From: a virus
Virus record (IMG/VR): IMGVR_UViG_3300012954_004455
Coordinates: 28,343-92,342 of that record
Strand: one strand, 5' to 3'
Length of the DNA stretch: 64,000 bases
How positions within the stretch are numbered: the first letter of the stretch is position 1; every line of letters starts with the position of its first letter. A program made the translations under genes and the position numbers. The notes under the pieces were generated by a model. That model was given only the letters and a program-made list of their open reading frames with translations, did no database searches and was not told the DNA's origin. Of the stretch, positions 10,313 through 19,021 are shown piece after piece.

Positions 10313-11654
10313 CGCATTCATTAAAGTGGTTCCTATCAATGTGAGGGAAAGCAGCTTGCAGACGAAAAAAACGAGCAATCCAGCGGAGGCATTGAGCGAG
10401 GATATGACGTTCGTGAGGAAGAACTTCTGCAGGGATGATATTATTCCCTGGTTTGATAAGAAGAATAATCACCCTGAGAGGATGATGACGTTGGTGACGA
10501 GTACTCCGAGCTTTTTGCCATTGATGCTGACGCTTGTGAAGATTACGAATGCAGGGGGATTGACGCTGTTTGGGAGGGATGAGAAGGGGAAGATTGTGCC
10601 GCTACAGCAGCATAATTGGCCGCCACAGATCAAGGACTTCTATGTCTATAACGACCTCTATATGTGGGCGTACAACTTGATTAGCGACATGATTTTTCTG
10701 GCAAATGCGTTTCCGTTGGTGACTTTTTCTCAGGGGGCAAAGGGAAAAAATGTGACGGTGAAACGGCGGATTGTGGAGCTGGGACGGCGGCGGCCAATGT
10801 ATACGCGGAAACTGAAAAAAGCTAAGAAGGAAGACCCCCAAAAGTATATTCATGTGCCTGAGTGGACGCAGGAAGGGATAGAGAAGGAGGCTGTGATTTA
10901 TATGCATATGACGCAGAAGGCTTTCTTTGATGAGAATTATGCTTTTGTGGCGGGTGGCAATACTTTTCAGCATGACCAAGGGCTGTTTCATCTGAAAGAG
11001 GATATACCAGGCTTCTCTGATTATGCGATTCCTCGGTATTATGGAGGGTTGAAGTCTGCGCAACTACAGAAGTTCATTATTGATTGGCAGACGTCGAATC
11101 TGCGGGATTCTATGGTACTGCGGGCGCATGTGCAGATTAGTGACCGATATTTTGCGGCTAAGCTGCAAGATATCAACCCCGAGACAAAACAAAAATATAC
11201 TAGGAAAGAGATATCCGAGGAGGTTGGAGAGATGGTTGATAGGTTGTTTCATGATCCTGAGAAGGCGTTTAAGACGCTTCTAAGTGGGGTATTTTTCTCG
11301 CCTAAGGGTGAGGCTGTGCCTGATATCAGGATTGAAGCGATTAAGATTGATTTCAAAGACGAAGCATTCGTCGAGTTGGAGAAGAATATACGGTCTTTGG
11401 CTACTTCTGCGGTGGGATTGTTACCGAGTTTGGCGGGGTTTATTACGGAGAAGGGAATGAGCTCTGGGTCGGAGATGACCCAAAGTTTAAACTTGCAGGG
11501 ATTCCTGGGGTGGCATTTACGACAGATGATAGTCAATTTGATGGAGTGTATACACAGGTACAATGGGTGGGATGAGGAATATACATGGGGCTTCCCTATG
11601 CCTGCCTTGGTTACTAAGGATATTGATAAAGGAGGGATTACGGATGCTACTTAA
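10290..11654 (+). CDS. Probable portal protein
   Basis: 454 aa after TerL; IPWF..NN.PE, Y.IP.Y, GLLPxLxG..SSGSE motifs shared with 48551-49876. Confidence 0.75.
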   Translation: MDKRSGTNAFIKVVPINVRESSLQTKKTSNPAEALSEDMTFVRKNFCRDDIIPWFDKKNNHPERMMTLVTSTPSFLPLMLTLVKITNAGGLTLFGRDEKGKIVPLQQHNWPPQIKDFYVYNDLYMWAYNLISDMIFLANAFPLVTFSQGAKGKNVTVKRRIVELGRRRPMYTRKLKKAKKEDPQKYIHVPEWTQEGIEKEAVIYMHMTQKAFFDENYAFVAGGNTFQHDQGLFHLKEDIPGFSDYAIPRYYGGLKSAQLQKFIIDWQTSNLRDSMVLRAHVQISDRYFAAKLQDINPETKQKYTRKEISEEVGEMVDRLFHDPEKAFKTLLSGVFFSPKGEAVPDIRIEAIKIDFKDEAFVELEKNIRSLATSAVGLLPSLAGFITEKGMSSGSEMTQSLNLQGFLGWHLRQMIVNLMECIHRYNGWDEEYTWGFPMPALVTKDIDKGGITDAT

Positions 11655-12654
11655 GTATGTATATGATGCGACGGCAAAGGATACCCCAGAGGATCAGAGG
11701 TTTTCTATTTGCCGATACGTTCCTGAGATCGATCGGGATTTGAAGTGGGGAAAGATATATCCTCATATAGAGACTGCTGAGTGGGAATATCTTGTGCCGA
11801 ATTTGGGAGAGGAGCTCCTGGAGGGGCTTGAGGGGGAGGTAGAAAATGAGCCTCAAGAAGGATATCTGGAGGTGAGGGAGAAGCTGAAGGGGCATGTATT
11901 GGCGGCATTGGCGAACTTTACAGCTCTGGTGTATAGTCGGAGCGCATCTGTGAAGCTGGGAGCGATGGGAACTGTGGTGAACAACTCTGCGGATGGTACG
12001 GTGATGCAGGCGGGGAAGTGGATGAAGATCGATAGTAGAAAGTCTTTCTTTATGAGGGGGATGAGTGCGATGGACAGAGCTCTAGGAGTACTAGCGAAGG
12101 GGGCAAGTTTTTTTCCTGAATGGAAGGATGGGGGAAAGAGAGTGATTCCTACTCCTACGGTACTGGCGGAGCATATGTCTATACTGAAGGGACGACATGT
12201 GGTTTTTCATATGATGAAGCCATGGATGAAGGATGCGGAGAAACGCCTGGTATCTGTGATGGGAAAGCTCACACTCTTACGAATGATTGAGGGGGCTACA
12301 GAGCAGGCAAGGGAGCTGAGAGAGATGTCGAGAGAGGTCGTAAGTAAGGCTCTTTATATAGTGGCGGTGCCTTTCTTAATGGTTCGGGTGACGCAAGAGG
12401 GGGTAGTAGAGATGGACTATACTGAGGATGGAGAGCCGCAGAAACAGCTCCGATCTGATATGGTGGATAAGCTAGCACAGAAGGCAGAAAATGCGATAAC
12501 AATCAAGCTGAAGGAAATAGAGAGCTATCTTAATGCTAATGCGGATAGCTTTCCTGAATATAAGGAGAGTGGGCTATACACTCCTGTGGGGGAAGGTGAT
12601 CCTTTCCATAAAAAATTTAACTACGAAAACGGACGGAATGTAATTTTAATGTGA
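11644..12654 (+). CDS. Head-tail connector-like protein (DUF6712-like)
   Basis: Follows portal; homolog of 49877-50908 (LxPxLGExLL, FPEWK, FPxY); start set at MLLKYVY. Confidence 0.6.
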   Translation: MLLKYVYDATAKDTPEDQRFSICRYVPEIDRDLKWGKIYPHIETAEWEYLVPNLGEELLEGLEGEVENEPQEGYLEVREKLKGHVLAALANFTALVYSRSASVKLGAMGTVVNNSADGTVMQAGKWMKIDSRKSFFMRGMSAMDRALGVLAKGASFFPEWKDGGKRVIPTPTVLAEHMSILKGRHVVFHMMKPWMKDAEKRLVSVMGKLTLLRMIEGATEQARELREMSREVVSKALYIVAVPFLMVRVTQEGVVEMDYTEDGEPQKQLRSDMVDKLAQKAENAITIKLKEIESYLNANADSFPEYKESGLYTPVGEGDPFHKKFNYENGRNVILM

Positions 12655-12655
12655 T

Positions 12656-13165
12656 ATGAGAAGAAGTTTATCTGGAATTATACTTGTGGTAGCGGCGGTG
12701 CTGCTGACTGTGGTGACAATTTTCCAGGGGGTTTACATAGGTCAAATTATTGACCAACAAGAACACCTAACGAAAAGATTTAGAATCAGCGAGGAAGAGT
12801 GCCTCGTAGGGGAATGGGAGGTGGAACAACTGTCTCCCAAAGGCTCCAGACGAATAAAGGAGATTGATTTTGGGCTATTGGGGTTAGTGAGGATTATAGA
12901 GATGAAGCAGGGATATTCTACAAGTAGTATCTACTACGCAGATAGAGCAGGTGGGCGATTCTTACTGGAGAACATCTGCGAAGGATATACACATGAGTTT
13001 AAAATAGATGAGCGAGATGCTGAATGCCAGGAGATGAAGGGGAGGCTTATTTTGCAGCCTTTCGATGAAAGGGAGCAGAAGGTAATCAAGCTAAAGCTAA
13101 GTAGACCAAGTAGGATTAATTTGACTCATTTACAGGCAGAATCTACAGCAGCTGAGGAAATGTAA
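12656..13165 (+). CDS. Hypothetical membrane-anchored protein
   Basis: N-terminal hydrophobic helix; last gene before terminator. Confidence 0.6.
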   Translation: MRRSLSGIILVVAAVLLTVVTIFQGVYIGQIIDQQEHLTKRFRISEEECLVGEWEVEQLSPKGSRRIKEIDFGLLGLVRIIEMKQGYSTSSIYYADRAGGRFLLENICEGYTHEFKIDERDAECQEMKGRLILQPFDEREQKVIKLKLSRPSRINLTHLQAESTAAEEM

Positions 13166-13224
13166 ACAACAAGTAGATAGACATAAGTCGAAAGTCTCGG
13201 AAAACCATGATTGTTTTAAGATGT

Positions 13225-13255
13225 GCCGTGAAAGTATCCCTTTCACGGCTTTTTC
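13225..13255 (+). terminator. Intrinsic terminator
   Basis: GCCGTGAAAG/CTTTCACGGC stem plus T-tract. Confidence 0.75.
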
Positions 13256-13271
13256 TGTTTTGATGGCTTGG

Positions 13272-13787
13272 TTACCGCTGAGCGGCTTGTACTAGCTTGA
13301 GCTGCTTCTGGAGCTTTGGGGCTCGGGCGGAAGGTACTTTACTTTCGCAGTAGCCATCATTCGTGTATAGTCTGATTTTTACCAATTTTCGGGTCATGAG
13401 CTGTGTGTATTGGACTGGGGAAAGGACAAAGGAGAGCTGGACACCGTACATTTCTGAGCCTGACAGCCCTTTCGCTCCGCAACCTCTACAGGATACTTCG
13501 CTGCTTATGGGATTGAGGGTAATAACTTCTCCATTATCTAGCTTGAGCATGAGGTCATGGTCTTCTCTTACAGTGCAGATCCCTGTTTGGCACTTGATTT
13601 CTAAGAAGCGAGTGTCATCAATTTGGGAGACGCGGGAGAAGAAGTTATACTTTAGTATGGCTATCATATCCCAGGACGTTTCGATGACGGTTTTTCCTGT
13701 GAACTCATCTGTCTCGTTCGTTTTGATTTTCTGGCTAGAGGCTAGAAGAGGGATGAGAAGAAGGATTGTTAGTAGTAATCGTTTCAT
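13272..13787 (-). CDS. Secreted hypothetical protein (moron)
   Basis: Signal peptide MKRLLLTILLLIPLLASSQ; DEFTG motif; opposite strand; absent from B. Confidence 0.7.
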   Translation of the reverse strand: MKRLLLTILLLIPLLASSQKIKTNETDEFTGKTVIETSWDMIAILKYNFFSRVSQIDDTRFLEIKCQTGICTVREDHDLMLKLDNGEVITLNPISSEVSCRGCGAKGLSGSEMYGVQLSFVLSPVQYTQLMTRKLVKIRLYTNDGYCESKVPSARAPKLQKQLKLVQAAQR

Positions 13788-13943
13788 TTTTAATGTGTTT
13801 AATATTCTGGTGTAATATAACAAAATTTTTTAGGGCTGGTCAAGTGGCTTGTTTTATATACATGACAAAAATATTTTCTGGTGTAAAGTAAAAAATAGAC
13901 AAAAAACACTGAGCGGAAGCGGAAATATGAAAACCCCTCTATA

Positions 13944-14196
13944 TCTATTTGAAAAAACCACTATTTTACAAATAGAGGGTCTTAAGATGTTGATAGTCAT
14001 AGAGTTAGGCCATTTGCTTTTTTTTTCAAAACCACTATTTTTTACAAATAAATGGAGGCAAAAAACAAATTTGCTTTTTGATTTGTGTTTTTTTGTAAAA
14101 AATAGTGGTTTCTAGAAAAAAAACAAATGGGTTAAAGCACTACTAATCAAACTGTTATATGCCTCTATTTGTAAAATAGTGGTTTTTTCAAATAGA
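13944..14196. repeat. Large nested inverted repeat (ori-like) of prophage A
   Basis: Perfect 35-bp IR 13944-13978/14162-14196; inner IR ~14010-14048/14091-14130; symmetric IHF-consensus sites 13983-13995 and 14145-14157. Confidence 0.85.
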
Positions 14197-14350
14197 GGTA
14201 CCTATACATATGTATTTTTATTTCCGCTCAGAACGGTTTTGTGAGATGGGGTTTTGGTGGTGTAGATGGGTGGGGAAATAAGGTAGATGTAAGCCTTTAT
14301 ACGATAAGGGGTGATATTATTTGGGTGTAATTTTGTATCATTGGGGTAAT

Positions 14351-15070
14351 ATGAAGAGGATCGAAATACCTGTGACGGCCTACGTCTCAGCGTATTTGAG
14401 ACGCAGGTATTGCTCAAGCGGGGTTTTTGATGTGAGGGGGGGAAGGGATGACTTGAGCATGGCTTTAATGGGGATCAGTGATCTCCTTATGTTGAACCCA
14501 GAATCCGAATCTTCGACCTCTCCTACCCTATCTACTGTTGTTTTGATTGTTGATGACCGACTGGCCAATGTAGCCGATATGTATCGCGAGTTTTTGCGGT
14601 ATGGGGCTTTTTTTCAGTATCAGTTTTACAAGGATTTGGTGGATTATGTAAGCTCGCAAAGAGATTTGGCGAGGGAGCAACATCTATCAAGAAAAGAATG
14701 GAATGAGAGAAAAGCTGTGCAAGCTTTTAAAAAAAAGTATAACTTGCCTATTAGTGAAGAGACACTAGTGAGGCAATATACGCGAAAAGTGGGCTGGAAA
14801 CGAAGTTTTGCTTTTAAGGAGGTGAAGGGAAGGTTTGGTTTTAATGAAGGTGATGGGCAGGTGAGGGGGAAGGCTGCAAGGCTCGTTAATGGTTTGGAGA
14901 TTTATATACGTTTTTGTGCTTACTCGCGGGCAAAGGGACGGGTTGTGGAAAGGAAGTGGCGAGTGCCTTCTTTCTTGTGTAACCAACCAGGGGATGATTG
15001 GTTGGTGTGGGCAGAGGCTCGGATCGATGTGCTAAACAAATTTTTAATAAAAGGTTTTTCAATAAAATGA
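14351..15070 (+). CDS. Putative DNA-binding regulator (candidate late activator)
   Basis: Homolog of 52148-52915 (PVTAYV, EWN/QWN.RKA.Q.F, SR..G...VP..L.NQPG); follows the palindrome in both phages. Confidence 0.55.
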   Translation: MKRIEIPVTAYVSAYLRRRYCSSGVFDVRGGRDDLSMALMGISDLLMLNPESESSTSPTLSTVVLIVDDRLANVADMYREFLRYGAFFQYQFYKDLVDYVSSQRDLAREQHLSRKEWNERKAVQAFKKKYNLPISEETLVRQYTRKVGWKRSFAFKEVKGRFGFNEGDGQVRGKAARLVNGLEIYIRFCAYSRAKGRVVERKWRVPSFLCNQPGDDWLVWAEARIDVLNKFLIKGFSIK

Positions 15071-15337
15071 AAAAAATACTACTGTGGATTCTCCCTTTAT
15101 TCTATAAAGGTGCAGAGCTGGAGCACTGGAAAAAGGTGCTTCAATAAGATATGTAAACCCACCCCCCTAGGGGGAACCTTGACCCCTTAGGGGGTCGAGG
15201 CTTTTTGGTGAATTTTCTCGGTTTTTTGGGGAAATTCAGGGAATTTCTGTATGAATTAGCTTATACATTTCGTATATTTACATTAACGATAATTCCTTCT
15301 TCTCTCTCCCCCCTACCCTCTTTTAAAGTGGGTTTAC

Positions 15338-16687
15338 ATGGTTAAGTTTTTAATGATTTCGTGGCTATATGCCACAGGAAAATTCAAGTCTCATTATTTT
15401 TTACAGACATTTTTCTGGGTTTTTGTGGCCTGTACGGTCAGCCTTCTTATCATGTCGGTATATCTAGCACATCTTTCATATCCATTTTGGTTTACAAATA
15501 TGGGAGGTGAGGTAAATGTGGATAGAGCGCATGCTTTGGCGGTGCTTATGACTTGTACGATTAGTATTGGTATTGGGGTGATTTTCTTTCAGGTGGTGAA
15601 TGTACTCGTGGTGATCAGGAATATGGGTGTGGTTGGGGTATTATTTACGGTTTCTTTGGTGGTATTATTGTTTTGTTTCTTGTCTGTAGAGATTCTGGCG
15701 AATCGGAATGGCGCGTCGGATATGGCGCGAGAGATGACTTTATTTCCGAGTGATAGTAGCGAGGTGGTGGCAGGGCGATACGATAAGAAAATAGAGGTGT
15801 TGGAATGCAAGATTCAAAGAGTGTATTCACGATATAGATGGTGTGGGGTGCATAAGGTCAATCATTTTAATGCTTCGGAGTGTGCGGTGGAGCCTTGCCC
15901 TCATGCTACCTTCTATTTTGCGAGTACTAAATACATATCGAAGAACCAGTTTCTTAAAGATGAGGTTGAGGTTCAGAACCTGAAAAGGAGAATTGAGAGC
16001 ACACAAGAGGTTCAGACGAAACTTGTGGGTTCTGTGTCTGATGCCTTTAAGAAAGCGGATGATCTGGCAGATTATAAATACTCTACGAGAGAGGCAACAC
16101 ATCGGAATATTGGGACTTATATATACTTGGTGTTCTTTCCGTTTTTGTTCATTGTAAATGCTTTTTACTCTTATGAGTTTGAGAAGGTTTTTGGGTATGA
16201 TAAACGTGTGAATGGTGGCTCTGGACGCAGCTCCTCCCCTACTCCTGTGGCTGAGGATTGGGAAGATGCGGACGAGGATGAGGGGGGACATGGTAGTGGT
16301 AGTGAGCCTGTGTTTAGGGGGGGAGATGCAAGCGAGAGTGATGAAAATGAGGAGATGGAACTGCCTAAGACCTTATTTGCGGATGAAAATGAGGAATTGT
16401 ATCCAGCTGAAAATCTAGTGAAAAATCCAGAAAATCTGGAAAATTCAACTAGTGCGGATGAGAGAGGAGCGGCGAAAAAAGCTCGGAAAAAGAGGGGGAA
16501 ATATAAGACCAAAACGCAGGAGAAGATAGTGAAGGCAGTCGCAGAGATGAGAGAGGAAGGGTTTAGTGATGAGGGGCTGAGCATGGCGAAGTTATCAACG
16601 AGAATTGCGGCAAGGGCTGGGGTGGATGCTTCGACGGTGAGGCGAACGTATCTAGACATCTACGGCTCTCCATTTAGTGAGGGGTGA
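15338..16687 (+). CDS. Multi-TM membrane protein with Cys/His motif and C-terminal HTH-like domain
   Basis: 3 N-terminal TM helices, WCGVHKVNH..C..CPH, coiled coil, TM, acidic linker, IAARAGVDASTVRR; homolog of 54499-55641. Confidence 0.7.
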   Translation: MVKFLMISWLYATGKFKSHYFLQTFFWVFVACTVSLLIMSVYLAHLSYPFWFTNMGGEVNVDRAHALAVLMTCTISIGIGVIFFQVVNVLVVIRNMGVVGVLFTVSLVVLLFCFLSVEILANRNGASDMAREMTLFPSDSSEVVAGRYDKKIEVLECKIQRVYSRYRWCGVHKVNHFNASECAVEPCPHATFYFASTKYISKNQFLKDEVEVQNLKRRIESTQEVQTKLVGSVSDAFKKADDLADYKYSTREATHRNIGTYIYLVFFPFLFIVNAFYSYEFEKVFGYDKRVNGGSGRSSSPTPVAEDWEDADEDEGGHGSGSEPVFRGGDASESDENEEMELPKTLFADENEELYPAENLVKNPENLENSTSADERGAAKKARKKRGKYKTKTQEKIVKAVAEMREEGFSDEGLSMAKLSTRIAARAGVDASTVRRTYLDIYGSPFSEG

Positions 16688-16720
16688 AAAAAGGCAGAGC
16701 TTGGAGGCTCTGCTTTTTTT
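16688..16720 (+). terminator. Intrinsic (likely bidirectional) terminator
   Basis: A-tract, GCAGAGC/GCTCTGC stem, T-tract. Confidence 0.75.
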
Positions 16721-16781
16721 ATGTGTGGGTGTGAGAGTGTGTGTCCGTGTGAGGGGGAAGGGGAGTGGGTATATTTGATAT

Positions 16782-17438
16782 GTGAATTTGATTCCGACAT
16801 ATCAGGCTCTGCCACCAATGATTCATCCTGGGTATGATACCTGGCATCATGGGGGGGTACGTAATACGCTGCTTCTACGGAAAGAGCGTGTTTTGAATGT
16901 ACCTGATAGCAGTGCGATAGAGGCGAGTGAAATACTACTGGATGGGGTGGGCTTCTGTTCACTTTATACGGCAGAGGATAAGGGACGGCTATCGATTGGG
17001 GTCAAGAATGGGGTTTATACGGCTAAGCTAGCTGTGTTTTCTCCTACACTGAGGGTAGAACAAGAGGGATTGGGACGGTTATCGGGAGGGCATTTTGTGG
17101 CTATTGTCCAGATGTGGACAGGGCGCATGTACCTACTCGGATGGCCAAACCCACTGGTTATTCTGAATATGATGATGGATCATGGGGGGGAAAGAAAGCA
17201 TTGGCCTGGGGTCTCTTTTGAGATGCGGTCGGATAATTTTACTTACCCAATAGAGGTCGTTAATCCTGAGGTGGTGGTACCGCCTACAGGGGGTGGAGTA
17301 GGAGGTAGTGGAACAACGCCACAGCCTCAAATGAGAACGGCTGAGGGGGATGTATATATTTCTGTGGCTAAGGATAATGATTATGAGAAACGGATAACTG
17401 CCTTGGAGCGTGCAGTAACGGGGCAATATATATCTTAA
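16782..17438 (+). CDS. Virion protein, possibly tail-tube-like fold with C-terminal coiled coil
   Basis: Homolog of 55749-56450; preceded by GTCC motif at 16743 with TATATTTG at 16770-16777. Confidence 0.55.
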   Translation: MNLIPTYQALPPMIHPGYDTWHHGGVRNTLLLRKERVLNVPDSSAIEASEILLDGVGFCSLYTAEDKGRLSIGVKNGVYTAKLAVFSPTLRVEQEGLGRLSGGHFVAIVQMWTGRMYLLGWPNPLVILNMMMDHGGERKHWPGVSFEMRSDNFTYPIEVVNPEVVVPPTGGGVGGSGTTPQPQMRTAEGDVYISVAKDNDYEKRITALERAVTGQYIS

Positions 17439-17453
17439 TAATAATAAGGATCT

Positions 17454-18503
17454 ATGGCAATTAACGTGAAAGGTATGCAGTTAATAACCAAAAGCTCGGC
17501 TCAATGGGCTTTGGATAATACTGTATATGCGGCGAGAATGATTCTGGTAGCTCAAGATGGAGACCAAGTAGCAGCTGTCAAGTGGACGGCAAGTGGTAGT
17601 ACCTTCGCTGATGCACCGAATCTTTATGATATTCCAGAGCTTACTGCAGATTTCAATGAAGCAGCTCCTGGGAAGGCGGCTAGTGCGGCACTTACTAGCC
17701 AACTGAAAACTGAGGTAGACGGCAAGGTCGCTTCTAGTAATGTGCTGAAACTGGATGGGACTACGAGTGGGTTTACTCCGACGCTGGACAATCATCCTGT
17801 TACACTGGGGTACTTGAACTCTTTGCAGTTTGGTAAGGATCGGTACCAAGGGGACTTTGATGCGAGTGGGGGACAGTATCCTGCAACTTCATATGATTCT
17901 CAAGGGAATGCACGCGCGATTCAGAAGGGTGATTTCTGGAGTATTTCTGTGGGGGGAACGCTTCCTGATGGAACTGTTGTTTCTAGTGGAGACCAAATCA
18001 GAGCAAAAGTGAATGGTGCTGATTCTGATGGGGAGTTCTATGTTCTTGAATCTGGAGACCAGGCAACAGAGATTATCCGTGGAGAGGTGAAGCTGGCGAA
18101 TACTGCTGATGCTGAAGGTGCGGTGAATGACTCGAAGGCTATGACTTCTTTGAAGACTAGCCAGCAGATTACTGCACGAATCTCTGACCAATCGAGTGCT
18201 GAGGCTGGAACGGATGGGAACGCGCTGATGACTCCTTTGCGGACGCGCCAAAGTTTCCTATCAATGGTTAGCAACGACATACAGGAAACGAGCACGAGCA
18301 AGGTACCGAGTATGGCATTATATGGCCAACTGGCTGTACCAGTGGGAGACCATGCTACGAAGTGGAATGTGATGGAGACTCAGACGCTACCTAACATCAA
18401 CCAAGAGATTCAAGATTTGAATACTATGTATACAGACCTTGAGGCACGAGTGGCGAAGAACGAGAAGGCTCTAAGCGGTGACGCTTCTATAGCTGCAGCA
18501 TAG
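17454..18503 (+). CDS. Fibre-like virion protein
   Basis: Gly/Thr/Ser-rich; YQGDFDASGG..KGDFWSISVGGT and ATE..RGxVKLA..A.TPL fibre-type motifs; homolog of 56467-57486. Confidence 0.65.
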   Translation: MAINVKGMQLITKSSAQWALDNTVYAARMILVAQDGDQVAAVKWTASGSTFADAPNLYDIPELTADFNEAAPGKAASAALTSQLKTEVDGKVASSNVLKLDGTTSGFTPTLDNHPVTLGYLNSLQFGKDRYQGDFDASGGQYPATSYDSQGNARAIQKGDFWSISVGGTLPDGTVVSSGDQIRAKVNGADSDGEFYVLESGDQATEIIRGEVKLANTADAEGAVNDSKAMTSLKTSQQITARISDQSSAEAGTDGNALMTPLRTRQSFLSMVSNDIQETSTSKVPSMALYGQLAVPVGDHATKWNVMETQTLPNINQEIQDLNTMYTDLEARVAKNEKALSGDASIAAA

Positions 18504-18538
18504 TCTAGGTTTGAGTTGTATGTGAAATTGTGAAATTA

Positions 18539-18568
18539 AGGGCATCCTCTTAGGGGGATGCCTTTTTT
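18539..18568. terminator. Bidirectional terminator
   Basis: GGGCATCCTC/GGGGATGCCT stem plus T-tract between convergent genes. Confidence 0.7.
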
Positions 18569-18932
18569 AGTGTGCGATTATTATTATGTCTCCTTCGTAA
18601 GACCAGGTGTCTTTTAGGTAGGCGGCGGCTTGGTTGATGTGCTCTTGTAGGTCATTGGGGCGAATGACTTGGTGATAGATGCCTATGGCTATGGTGGAAA
18701 GGGTGTTTTCTGAATGGAGTGGGAACCAACCTTTGGAGCCTGACTTTTTGCGTGCTGGTGATGAGCCGAAGATTTCATCTAAGTGTTTTGGGGAGATGGA
18801 TAGGAGGGTGTCGGGGTCGGACTTTTTGAAGAAGGCTTGGTGTGTCTGAACGAGTGAGCCTGTTTCTTTTGGGATATGGACTTCGAGTGTGGTATGGGCG
18901 AGGATCTCGCTTGCTAGTGTACCTATGATCAT
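18567..18932 (-). CDS. Conserved antisense-oriented hypothetical protein
   Basis: Homolog of 57564-57971 (N-terminal EIL/EVL, central GW, C-terminal YEGDI/YNGEV). Confidence 0.6.
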   Translation of the reverse strand: MIIGTLASEILAHTTLEVHIPKETGSLVQTHQAFFKKSDPDTLLSISPKHLDEIFGSSPARKKSGSKGWFPLHSENTLSTIAIGIYHQVIRPNDLQEHINQAAAYLKDTWSYEGDIIIIAH

Positions 18933-19021
18933 GATGTTTTTTTTGTAAAGGTAGGGAGAGGGAAGATGTGGGGGCAAGGGGTGTCCTATGATGGTGGTGG
19001 GGTGGGGAGGATATTGCGTGT

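Noticed and set aside
13849-14115. 88-aa ORF over the palindrome
   Set aside because: Low-complexity F/K-rich translation of the AT-rich inverted repeat
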